From Ramazzottius varieornatus (taxonomy: Eukaryota; Animalia; Tardigrada): 64,000 nt of DNA. This document shows, piece by piece, positions 39,674-51,464 of the stretch; position 1 is the first letter of the stretch, and each line of letters begins with the position of its first letter. Under the pieces are notes generated by a model that was not told the origin of the DNA, did not search any database, and saw nothing but the letters and a program-made list of their open reading frames with translations. The position numbers and the translations under genes were made by a program. Location of the stretch: NCBI GenBank assembly GCA_001949185.1, contig BDGG01000002.1, positions 1,981,826-2,045,825 on the forward strand, read 5' to 3'.

Positions 39674-42600
39674 TTATGACCGGAGAGCAGTGTTAATGTG
39701 GTTGGCGGTGATGCGAGCGGCGTCACCCAGGACAAATCCTTCGTGGTTTCCAGTCACCGTCGACACGTTCAGCTTCGTCGTGCACACCTGCGAAAATTTC
39801 CAATATAATTTCAGGCAAAAGAACAACGGCCTCTTGACTTACCTTATCGAGTTCGTAGACTTCACCGAGGTTGCGGATCATCTTCTCCGAGCACTTGATC
39901 AAGGTAACCTTGCCGGTGTACTTGCGAGCAGGCTTGTATGTATCAGCGGCTATCAGACGTTGGGCGAAGAGGTTGGCGGCCTCGCTGAAATCCGCACCTT
40001 GAATGTGACGGAGTTGCGGACAGCGGTGTAGTTCCTCGATGGCCACCTTAGTCTTGGCTTCGAAGCCAGTGGCAGCGGCCAATTTCTCTTGAAGCTGAAA
40101 AACCCAAAGTCAATATCTGAAATTTTGAGCGATAAAAGAAGAGTTCGACTTACCGTCTTGCGTTGCGTCTTGACGAACTGCGTGACAAACATGGTCAGGA
40201 TGGCGTTCTGGAAAGCGTTGTCCTTGCGTCTGTTTAGCTCTTCGATGGCAGCGGTGGGGTCGACCGTGTAGCCAGCCTTCATGGTCTTGGTGAAAGCAGC
40301 CACGAAGGAGTGCGACCCGTCGAGGAGGATGAGGTTGCTGACGGTCTCGTTGCTCTCTTGAAGCTGCAGAGCCATCTCGAAGGCGATGCCGGCACCGAAG
40401 GAGTAGCCGGCCAGGTTGTAGGGACCTTCTGGCTGGATCTTCTTCACCTCCTGCAAACCATGATTATATTTGTTCTAATTTCTTTCAATTTCGTACATCT
40501 ACAAAAAAAGCACTATGTTCTAAACTGAAAGTTCGCCAAACAAATTCAAGCAGGTCGCTTTTTGCAACTGACACACGCTTTTAGCCAATTCAGCCGAAAA
40601 AGTGCGCCACTTCAGAAAATAATGTGGTCCAGCTTATTTAGCTTTTAGGTTTCTCGGTCGTACCTTCAGATAAGACTCCGCGAGTGCTTGTGTGGAACTG
40701 ATGTCGGCTTGTTTGGTGCAGTTCAAGCCATACGCCGTGACTTGCAGATGGTTAGCCAAGGTAGCCAACACGGGGAGCACCGTACCTTCCATCGGGTGGA
40801 CGATGAACAGGGTTACCTTGGAGTCTCGCGACTCGCTCAGCGGGACGATGGCAGTCTTGGGCACGATCTCCTGCAGGTTGTAGTGCTTATTGACGTTCTC
40901 CAACAGCGTCGGGTTCTCGAAGTCGCTGGACGCCTTGTGGCTCTCGGAGAACTTGGCGGCCTCCACAGCGTTGGTGGCGCCCGACAGCAGGCACACGTCA
41001 CGGACACACAGCGAACGGATCTCTTGGAGGGTGAGAGACAGGTCGAAGTCGCGTTCGAGGACTTGACCGAGCTCCATGGCCATCAAAGAATCGATACCGT
41101 AGTCGCCCAGGGACAAGAACATGTCCAGTGAAGCAAAGTCTTTGATACCTAATTTTAAAAGCAGGCATGAGTATTGGAAACCGATTTTGCCTATGCAGAA
41201 TTGGGAGGGCGGTACTAGTAAATGAAACATTTGAGCTCGTTCTTCAAGTTGCGCATGTTCTAGTTGTTATTGGAACGATCTACTTAGAGGAACGATCTTC
41301 TCGAGTTCGATTATTCCCCAAGCGGCGCATGTACCTATATAGCATGCGCCACTTGAAAAAACGATTTCATACGTTTCGTTTGCCAGCATTCCAATTTATG
41401 CCTTCATACCCATAATTTTGGCGACGGTCTGTGGAAGGTGTGACTTGTCTCGTGGTCCTTCACCATCGTCATCGCCGGTGGTGGTGTGCTTCTTCTGACT
41501 TTCCTTGACGGCGTCCAGAAAGAAGATGCCGTGTTGGTGATGGTCGACGATGGTATTCAGCGCATCGAAGTAGGCTCGAGCAGTCAGAGTTGCCTTGGGT
41601 GTTTCAACCTCCGTTTCACCATCTGGTTGTTCACTCTGCTTGGTCTTTTGATCTACAAAAGCAACGTCAGTCAGCAATACAATCATCAAGCAGAAATGGT
41701 ACCGCCCAGATCGTCATCTCAGGTGGCGCACCGTTTTATTGTTATTGGCTAAGAATGTGCGCCACTTGGATAAATAATCTGGGCCAGTTCCCTTCTTGAT
41801 GTCCCAACTCCCAAGTGGTTGATTCAACGATTCATCTTACTCAGAGTTGGACTGTTGACGATGATGGTAGGTCGTCCGCGCTTTTCGCGGCTAGCCAGCC
41901 ACACACTCTGTTGCGACACCGCCTGGTTGACGTTCTTCTCCGTGCCGAAGTTCATCACGACAAACTGTTGCATCTTCTCGTCGGCGTTGGTGTTGGCCAA
42001 AGCTCCATCAATGAGACCCGACTTGTCGTCTCCACCAGCCTTATTCAGGATGTACAAGCCAGTCACCGGGATTTGGCTCGCGACATCACGGAGGACATCG
42101 GGGTGGTCGACGTGGTGGACCAGCTTGGCGCCAGTCGACTCGACGTAGCGCAACTGAGCCGCGGTGGATGCAGCCAAATTGGGACTGAACGTCACAAAGT
42201 GAATGGTGGTAGCACCTTGACTGGCCAACCAGTAAGCTACCTTGGCAGCAATGTTCTCTTCGTCGTTGGCGAAGACCACAAACGAACCTGAAGAAAAAGG
42301 ATAATTTGATAGAACTTGTCCGAAAACGTTTTCACCCAGATCGTTACGCCAACTGGCGCATGTTCTCGTTTTTCTTAGCTGAGAGTGTGCGCCTCTTGAC
42401 AAGACGTTCGGAAAACGGTCGAGGACGAACCTGGCTTGTTCTGTGGGACAGCCAAAGGTACGCTGTTTTGGGTGTTGGTGGTAGATATGACTGGTGGAGG
42501 AAGTGGCAGGAAGGCGCCGTTGGACAGTCCAGTGGCGATGAACTCGTTGACACGGGTGTTCTGATCCTGGACGAAGGAAGCGAACTTGAGGTAAGGGACG

Positions 42601-45600
42601 ATGCGGTGGTTCAGGGCGTAGTGCAGATCAGCAGACGAGGCTTCGGTGGTCAGGGTGTTAGGTTCCAGGTAGACACCACCCTTTTGCAGCAGACGAGAGG
42701 AGGCTCGCAACTTGCTACTCGTTGTTGCGTTGTAGACGATATCAACACCTTGACCGTTTGTCAGCTATACGATAGACTTAGCATTAGAGACCAAAAAGGT
42801 AAATGTCGATGTTGGAAGGTTAATGTTACCTTCGTGATGTGACGGACGAGGCTGGTGGTCAAAGGTGAGTCGAACAGCGTGACAGCCTTGAAGGTATGGA
42901 GACGATCGTTGGCCAAACGAGCCTGTTCCTGACTGAGACCCACAACGAAAGCGTGGTATCCGAGGACGGAAGCCACACGGGCGACAGCCTCAAACTCAAA
43001 GGTGCAGGCATCGGCGTGGATCAGGATGGCTTGGGATATGACGGGGTGCGCGGCATGGGCTAGCTCCAGCAGACCGTAGGCAGCTGTGGCGTACGGACGG
43101 ATGACGTCGGACTCGGACAGTGGCTGGGTGGGTGTGGACAACAAAGTGGCGGGTTGCTTGGTGGTAGGGGTGGCAACGTGGGTGCGGTAGGTGCCCCAGG
43201 TGGCGTGGTGTTCCACGTTGACGAGGAGATCGACGGCGATGATCTCGCGGGGAATGCTACCGGATGAACTAACGGCCACTCTGCAAGATTGAGACCGCCT
43301 CAGAATTCCACTCAACTTAAGTTACAGTGCAAGCAACATTTTTGCGCCTTTTGAATATTCGTTTGGACAATACCGACGTGACAGAACGACATAGCATCGG
43401 CCACGACACTCCAGTTTTCTACGCTTTCCTCACCATGCCTTCAACGTCTGTTCTGCTGGTTCGGAAAATGACCCTCATATGGGTACGAGGTAAACGGCAT
43501 AATTCGGGCATGGCAANNNNNNNNNNNNNNNNNNNNNNNNNNNNNNNNNNNNNNNNNNNNNNNNNNNNNNNNNNNNNNNNNNNNNNNNNNNNNNNNNNNN
43601 NNNNNNNNNNNNNNNNNNNNNNNNNNNNNNNNNNNNNNNNNNNNNNNNNNNNNNNNNNNNNNNNNNNNNNNNNNNNNNNNNNNNNNNNNNNNNNNNNNNN
43701 NNNNNNNNNNNNNNNNNNNNNNNNNNNNNNNNNNNNNNNNNNNNNNNNNNNNNNNNNNNNNNNNNNNNNNNNNNNNNNNNNNNNNNNNNNNNNNNNNNNN
43801 NNNNNNNNNNNNNNNNNNNNNNNNNNNGTAGTTTGCCGAGTGGAAAAACTTGTTTACGGTAGCCTTAAACAGTTTTGAGGATGATCTGGTGGACGGAATT
43901 CGAAAAACAGGACTCTAGCCAGAGGAAGGTATCGCTAATGTTAAAAAGCCTACGAAATGAGATTGAGAAGGGCCACAAGAGGCGCTTGACTCGATTTATT
44001 TAACAACCTTCGTTGACGTCATAAAGCTCGTTTGAAGTGAAAAAAGACTTTCACATGACAAAACACTGCTCGATGATGCATTACCGCCGGTTATAGTCAG
44101 CGGCACACGCTAACCAGCAACCTGACACGTGCTGCCACCCCATACCGCAGGCTTGCCCGAATTATGGGTCGGAAATTGCCATGCCCGAATTATGCCGTTT
44201 ACCTCGTAGTCGACAAATGACTCGAACAAAATCGTCATCCCAAGTGGCGCACATTTTCAGCCAATAACAATGCAAACGTGCGCCTGTTGAGGTAACGGTC
44301 GTGTTCAGTTCATTTAACGACTTCTCAATCATTATGATTTATGCGGTTGCTTACCGGAGTGGTCCACCGTTGGAGTCCTTGTTTCGTGCCACGACGGCAT
44401 CGACCACCATGGCGTCGAAGGTGGGCATGGTCAACCACACCCGGCCAGTACCGTCTAAGGTGCTGCTTTGCTGAGCCTTCTCACTGACATCATCCAAGAA
44501 GCTCTCGACATCCTTCTGATCACGGAACTGTGGCACTGGCACGACTGTTGGGGTGGTAATCCTGGTACTCTGGCCCATCTTGCGGCACAACAGCGTGCTA
44601 CTGACCAGTCCATCGCGATGAGCGGCCACCACCTGGAAACCTTCCTTAGCCAAAGCCTCAGCAAAGTCAGTCAAACCTACGATCGAGAAACCATCGCTTG
44701 ACTTTTGTTTGTGTTGATTGATTGATACTCAGTACCTGGTAGAATGCTCTTCTGGCTTTCTTCGCCAAAGGCTCCGAAGAAGTTCCAGACGCTGGCGTAC
44801 TTCTCCAATGGCTGGACGACCATGAGGTAGCCATCGTTGGCGATCAAGGTCGACAGACCGCGCAGTTGGTTGGGGACGGCTTCGACACCTTGGGTGAAGT
44901 AGTTCTTGGCTACCAGGACGGAGGCAGAAGCGGGCTCGATTTCCACCGACTGGTTGGACTTGATGGCGACGGTCTTGTACTCCACGGTGACGTTGGGTGT
45001 GGTGTGCACTTGGTTTGATGAAAGGGACTTCAGACCTTCTTGGCCAGTCTGCACCAACTCAAGAACCTTCACTTCGTTACCTGAAGGAATATCAAAATTC
45101 AAACTTCCGCCCCCACGAGGACTCGAAAGCACCAGCACAGTGCCGGCATGAAGCTCAAGGACTGGAGTCCGGCAAAAAACCTGGGAATGGCCGTTACCCT
45201 GGTGGCGCACGTTTACTTTGTTATTAGCGAAAGCGTACGCCACTTGGATATTACAGCAGAATTGCTTTAGGCGCACCTCTCCGCTGTTATCAACTGGAGA
45301 TGTGCGCCACTTGAGACCGCGGTCATCCCGAGATTGTTTGTCGGTCACCCACAAAGTACAACTTTTAGATTTTGATGCTTACCCGGGAAGTTTTCGACTG
45401 CAAGTTCCAGTAGCTGGGCGATGGTCTTCTGGCTACCCAACTCGGCCAAGTAGGCGTCATTCTGTACCAAGGTCTTGTAGTTGGGCACAGTCTTCTTGAC
45501 CATATCCTCGACGCTGCTGTACTGTTGGCCGTTGATGCCGGAGAAGACAGAGGTGATGAGCTGCAAGAAGCCGGCGTCACCTTGCTCGATGGTTCGCTTG

Positions 45601-48600
45601 ATCTCTTGGTTGGAGTAGTTGTGGCCGTTGAGGAGGCTCTGATGAGACTGGATTAAGGTGGTGATCTGCTTGGGTGCCTTGTTCTCGTTGACCAGGCGCG
45701 AAGCCTCGGACAGGATGTAGTTGGAGCATAGCTTGGCGTAGGCTGTGTGCGGGTTCTTCTCGTTGGCGGTGCTGGTCATGTCGAAGGGCACAAAGTTAGC
45801 TTCCTTCAGGATGTAGGCACCCTGTTGGGAATGGGTGGGCAACGGTGTCCAGGTGATACCTTCCATCTCGAGGCCAGGAGTGAAAGCAATGTCCAAGTCG
45901 GCCAAAGCTTGAGCTCGGGCTCCATTTTGAGAAGACGCAGCCAACTGGGGGAAGTTTACCTGCATAAAAACTAAGCTATATTCATCTGCAGAAGAATCTG
46001 CTCAAAACAGCAACTTGAGAGCGCAAAACAGACTCGGCCACATCGATGCCCGCAAGTGGCGCATACTTCCAGCCATGAACGCTGGAAAAATGCGTCACTT
46101 GGAACAACAATCAAACTGGTCGATATTGTCTGTTTTCCCAACTGGCGCACAATGCAGGCTTATAACACCGAGGGAGTGCGCCGCTTGGGAAAGCAAGGAA
46201 ATCTGAAGAGGTCGCTCATAAAAAGGCTGGTCGATTACCTTCATGGACTGGATGTTGGTCACACGAGCCAGCTGACGCTTCGGCAAGCTCAATGCATGAA
46301 GTTGGATCAAGCCATCGATGGCGGTCTCGTGATGACGCGCGGTGATGATGGCGGTGCCGTCTTGAGCGGACAGGCCATCGAGGACTTGGTAAAGTGGACC
46401 AAAGTCATAGCCACGGTAGGCCAGTTCTTGGTAGATGGCCGACTGGTCGATGGTGGAGGATCCAGTGGTCTCGATCTGGTCTTCGCCGCATGGTGTGCTT
46501 GAGCTACCGACGTAACCGGTCATGATGACATTCTCGCCGTGAAGGACCTCAAAGTAGCCGGTGGACTTGACAAAGTTGACGTTGAAGGCCACGGATGGCT
46601 TGTGGTCCAGCTCGATGGGCTCACCCGGGAAGTTAACGTTGGAGAACTCCAGTTGCGGGCACTTCTCGATGGTGTTGCCGGTCTCGACGGCGAATGCCTT
46701 GGCCACCACACTGATCAAACCTACAGTCAAGAGCAAATCCCCATTTTTCCACCTAACATAATCGCTTGTGTGACATTTCTATATTCTATGTAAGCATGTT
46801 TTATCACTATTTTCGGATGTTCCAGACTTGCACGTTTTGCTACGGTCTTTCAATTGTTTAAATTGAAGAACCTGACTGCCTTATCGGCCAGCTCGTTTCA
46901 GTACACGTATCAGCTTATTTACCTCCGATGGGGAAGACGCTTCGTTGGTTGATCTTGTGGTCATGATAACGAGCGTTGAGTTGCTCAGTCAGATCGATGG
47001 TGGTCGTTCTCTGCGAGGAGCCGCTGCCACCTTTGTGGATGAAGTCGGTGAAGGCCGGAATTCGCCACTACGGAAGCGACACAACACGGTAAGTTAGATG
47101 TTTCCTGCAAGATAAGAGGACGATGTCTTACGAAGGCCGAATGGTCCCATCGGACGACAGAGCCAATGAAGGGCGTGTCTCTGGGAGCTGGGAGACTGGG
47201 CTTGGGGAATATCTCGTTAACGTGTGGATTCAAGCCGTTGACGTACAGCTTGCCGATGCTCTCTAAGAAGTACTGGACGTTATTGGATGCGCCGCGCTTC
47301 ATTAGTGCGACTGTGGTGCACAGTGGGCCGACCGTCTTCTTGATCAGGGCTTGGAGAAGTCCGTGGGGAGCAATCTCGATGCAGATGGCGTTCTTGGGTA
47401 TCTTGACCATCACTTCGTGGAACTTGACGGTGGTGCGCAGGTTGTGGGCGAAGTATTCGGCAGAGGAAGTCTTGGCCAGATCGGAGTTCCAGTCGGACTC
47501 AGGGACTGAGCTGGACAACCAACGATCAGTTCGACTCTTGGGGTTGGTCAGAGTCTGGAAAAAATGTTGAATTTGAAGATTGTAATTCATTAATTGTCAA
47601 GTTACTTATGTACAGAGAGTAATTCTCCCACTGGTGTGAAACGTAACTTTAATGACAGAAATTGTCGCCTTTTCGCCGCACGTACTTTAAAATCCCACAT
47701 GTCACTTGGGACGGGAGTAAATGACTTGGACCATAATGGACCTCCAAGTGGCGCATGCTTCGGGTCAATAAGAATGGAAACGTGCGCCACTTGAAATAAC
47801 GGTCTGATTAATTCATTTGCCAGTGTCCCAAATGGCTCTTTGATTGTCCCAACTTCGCAGAGCGATTGCATCATATTATTCTAGAAAGTATGCTGTAAGC
47901 GTCATTGTGCGTTGGTTTACCTTCTTCAAGGCTTCGAGGTAGATTGGTGAAGCTTTCTGCATAGCCGGTGAATGGAAGGCAATGCCGTAGCTCTTGACTT
48001 CCTTAGCAAAGATGTTCTTCGCCTTCAGTTCCTCGACGAACTTGTTAACAGCGTCAGCGGGTCCCGAGATAGTCACGTTGTCTTCAGCGTTGTTACAGGC
48101 CACATTCACCTGCGGGTGGTTCTTGCACATCTCGGTGGCATCAGCGGCGCTCAGACCAACGGCGGCCATTGCACCCGGAGCTAAGCCGGCTTCCTGTAAC
48201 CACAGGTGTGTCAACTCGTCCTTCGGTTGATTCATTGACTGATGAATTACCTTGACCGCGCGACCTCTCCAGTAAGCAGTCAAGACCGCTTCTTCCGCTG
48301 TGAAGCATCCATCGGCATAAGCACAGCCGATTTCGCCGGCACTGTGGCCAATGAAACCTTCAGCGTTGATCTTCAAGGCTTGGAGGAGGTCGACCAGGGC
48401 CACTTGGATGGCGGCGATGCCGACGAAGGAGATGGTGGGATCGTCGTAATCAGCCTCGGTGGCGGTGGACAGAAGCTGAACCAAGTCGAGGTTATATGGC
48501 GTCAAGGCAGCGGCGCACTTATCGATGGACTTGCGGAAGAAATCCAGTGTGACCATTTGTTGACCCATCGAGGCCCATTGGGTACCTTGACCGCTGCAAA

Positions 48601-51464
48601 ATAAATCGCCATGTCAGTTGCATAATTTTCACCATTTTTGTTCGATTATGGGTCCATCTGAACGGAAATCAAGCAGAAGCAACGTACAAATACGTTGTCG
48701 ACCACATGGTTTCTATTGCGAACGACCAAACGTCTCATGGCACGCATAAATAGAAACCACGGTAATGCTGTGTTATATGATACGAGAGTAGACCTCGGTT
48801 TCTGTTTGAATGGTCCATTCTAAAAGTTTCTCACCTGAAGATCCACCAAACGGGCTTCTGCTCAACAGCCACACGTTCAACGACAGTCTGGGGCTCTCCT
48901 GAGTTGGTGATGGTGTACGCTCGGTAAGGCATAGAAGCGGGCTTGGCAAAGGCGCTTTGCATCAGGAGGTACGGGACGTATGGGTTGTCGGGGTATCGAT
49001 TGATGTACTCCATGGCGTGTCGGGCGGCTTCTTCGGTTCGACCCATGTAGACGGCCAGGCGGATATCGCTGATGGAGGTGTCACGGGTCTTGGGATTGCC
49101 ACGGACGACGAGATGACTGTTCTGACCACCGAAACCGAAGCAGTTGATACCAGCTAGCGTGCAGTCCCACTTGAAGGGCTCAGTCACCACCTTCAGGCGA
49201 CCATCGACCAGAGCGGGGATCAGCGGGTTGGGGTTCTTGTAATGCAGATTGGGTGGAATGATGCCAGTTTGCATGGCGATCATAATCTTGCATACACTTA
49301 CGGCACCTAACCAGGAGAAATATATTTTTTTTGATATTTTTTCTATTTAGTCATCTCAAGTGGCGCACGATTCCGTTGAATTTGGCTGAAAGTATGCGCC
49401 ACTTGGGGAAAACGGTTTTGGTTCCGCTCTTTTGCCCACGTCCATGTGACGTTTCGCTAGCTTCCTTCTGGAAAAACGGCGTTGCAGATTTGGCAACTCT
49501 TGGTGTTGTGGTTGGGTAATGAGCGGGCCATTTACATCAGTGGTAAAGCGACTCACGCTGCGGTAGCGTGAGGTGGAAATTTTGAGGATGTCATTGTTGA
49601 GCTGCGGAGATGTTAGAAAGCGTGAGTAAGGTACCTGAGGCATGTTCCGAATGGCCCATGTTGGACTTGACAGCACCAATCGGCAGCGGTTTGGTACGAG
49701 TATTGGCAAAGCCTAGAGCGATACCGTTGGTTTCTTGGGGATCCCCAATCTTGGTGCCTGTTCCGTGAGCTTCGACGTATTCCACATCTTCCGGGTCGAT
49801 ACCGGCTTCGGCGTACACTTCGCGGATCAACTGACCTTGACTTTCCGTGCAAGGAAACGTGATACCTAAAGACGATATCCAACGATTACGACCACGAAAC
49901 ACCTGACTGCAAAGTTAGAACCAAGCCAAAATTACTTTTCGCTAACCGCTTCACAAAAAATTTTCTGCTCTTTCTCCGTAAACCAGTCGTTTCTCTACTG
50001 TAATTCGTTCATTACAAGGCACTGAAAGATATCCAGATTTTCCTCAATTGGGAGGCTGGTAAAAAAATCTAGGGACGATCGCCATTCCAAGTGGCGCAAT
50101 TTTATCTGCTTTGGCTGAAAACCTGCGCCATTCGGCATATCAATCGGTCCGAGACTGTTTGCCGTTCTTCCACTTTTCACCGAATTACACAACAATTGTG
50201 TCAAAAAAGGCCAGAAGGTTTCCGCTGTCAGTCAGGTACCTTGCTCCTTGAAGCCATCGTTGTTAATTTTGCTGTGCAGCAGTGTGGCGTAGACTCGTCG
50301 AGCGTCTTTGCGCTTCTGAAGCATGATACAGACGATGGCTTCGGCGCGCACGTAGCCGTCGGCGGCTTCGTCAAAGACCTTGCACATTCCGTCCTTGCAC
50401 AGAAGACCCAGCTTGAGGATCTGGTAGGAGACCTTGGGTTGGTAGACCAAGCTGACACCACCGACCAGCGCGGCCTCGCAGACGCCGTGCTTGATGTGCA
50501 GGAAACCCTGGTTGATGGCCACACCACTGGTGGCGCAGGCGGCATCCACACCGTAACTGGGACCTCGAAGGTCGAAGGTGAAGGACAAACGGTTGGCCAA
50601 GAAGGCACGATGCGTACCGATCAGCGAGTAACCATCGATCTCTGCAACGACATGAAAACATTTACCGATGATATTCTGCAAATCGAATACACTCCACATG
50701 ACTGTCCTTTCGAGTGGCGCATTTTCCCCAGTACTATTGCTGAAAAAGTGCCGAGCTTGCCGCTTAGCGAAGACGACATAAAGGTCTTCCTAAGTGGTGC
50801 ATTTTCTGGTTGTTGGTGGCTGGCGGCTTGCGCCACTTGAGATAACCATGTTGAACGTTTAGTTTGCCGACCACAGAAAATATTTGGAGATTACGGCACC
50901 ATTTTTGCGAGGTGGATCGATGCGACGGAAAACTGTGGCTTTACCTGAAACATCAACGGAGGTCCAGGCTTCACGGGCGTCCGAGTTGGAAGTACCGATG
51001 AAGACCCCGGTGTTGGAGTTCTTCAGCTCGGCGGGGTCGATACCAGCGTCGATGATACTTTCGTAGGCAACCTCGTGAAGGATTCTCAACTGAGGATCCA
51101 TGCCTTCGGCCTGCTTGGGATGGACACCGAAGAAGGTGGCGTCAAACTTGCGAATATCCTTGATGAACCCATGCTGTTTGGGTACGCCGAAATGGTCCTC
51201 GTCGCAACGCTGCAGGTTCTCGTGGACCATGTTGACTCCATTGTACAAGTTCTCGGCGAACTCTTCAATGTTGTCCGACTGCGAGCAACTACCCGACAAA
51301 GTATTAAGTTGGAAAATCGAAAACACACTGAAAAAAAATCGAGGAATTAAAGGGAAAGGGGAGTCTTACCGAATAGACATTCCAGAGATGACAATGTCAT
51401 CGGGCGACTCAACTCCAGCAGAGCCATTTTGGGTTGTCGGTGAGTTTTCCTGAGCGTGCACCAT
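39674..51464 (-). CDS. Type I FAS-like megasynthase KS-AT-DH-psiME-psiKR-ER(dead)-KR(dead)-ACP-TE; probable non-reducing animal FAS-like polyketide synthase, ~21 exons
   Basis: ATG at 51464 ([14 protein letters not shown]). KS DAAC/EAHGTGT/MGHSE; AT GQGTQW/GHSAG/AFHS; [13 protein letters not shown] and DGLIQ; ACP GIDSL; TE GYSFG/LLDGS/GNHE; stop at 39674. ER and KR nucleotide-binding motifs are absent. Confidence 0.9.
41720..41768. repeat. Intronic palindrome copy (FAS-like intron)
   Basis: CAGGTGGCGCAC-N25-GTGCGCCACTTG. Confidence 0.85.
43484..44208. mobile_element. Tc1/mariner-type MITE in a FAS-like gene intron (contains the assembly gap)
   Basis: Perfect inverted repeats of at least 33 bp: TACGAGGTAAACGGCATAATTCGGGCATGGCAA (43484-43516) and 44176-44208. 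TA ends; subterminal GCCCGAATTATG repeat. Confidence 0.85.
43517..43827. other. Assembly gap (N run)
   Basis: Run of n characters. Confidence 1.
46053..46187. repeat. Tandem pair of intronic palindromes (FAS-like intron)
   Basis: 46053-46101 and 46139-46187, both with 25-nt spacers. Confidence 0.85.
47745..47793. repeat. Intronic palindrome copy (FAS-like intron)
   Basis: CAAGTGGCGCAT-N25-GTGCGCCACTTG. Confidence 0.85.
49357..49405. repeat. Intronic palindrome copy (FAS-like intron)
   Basis: CAAGTGGCGCAC-N25(..TTTGGCTGAAAGT)-ATGCGCCACTTG. Confidence 0.85.

Noticed and set aside
43517-43827. Gap hiding the missing ER/KR motifs
   Set aside because: The gap is bounded by MITE TIRs, the protein is colinear across this intron, and the ER/KR defects lie in fully sequenced exons.
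43327-43878. 183-aa ORF with X run
   Set aside because: Artefact of the N gap inside an intronic MITE.
50091-50840. Long plus-strand ORFs opposite the FAS-like, Cav1 and peroxidase exons (e.g. 50091-50840, 57293-57817, 18237-18710)
   Set aside because: Antisense shadows of codon-biased exons with no recognisable domains.
1488-51464. Biosynthetic gene cluster (PKS-like + CYP + FMN reductase + peroxidase)
   Set aside because: The enzymes are 20-36 kb from the synthase with unrelated genes in between, and the CYP is a pseudogene. There is no evidence without co-expression data.
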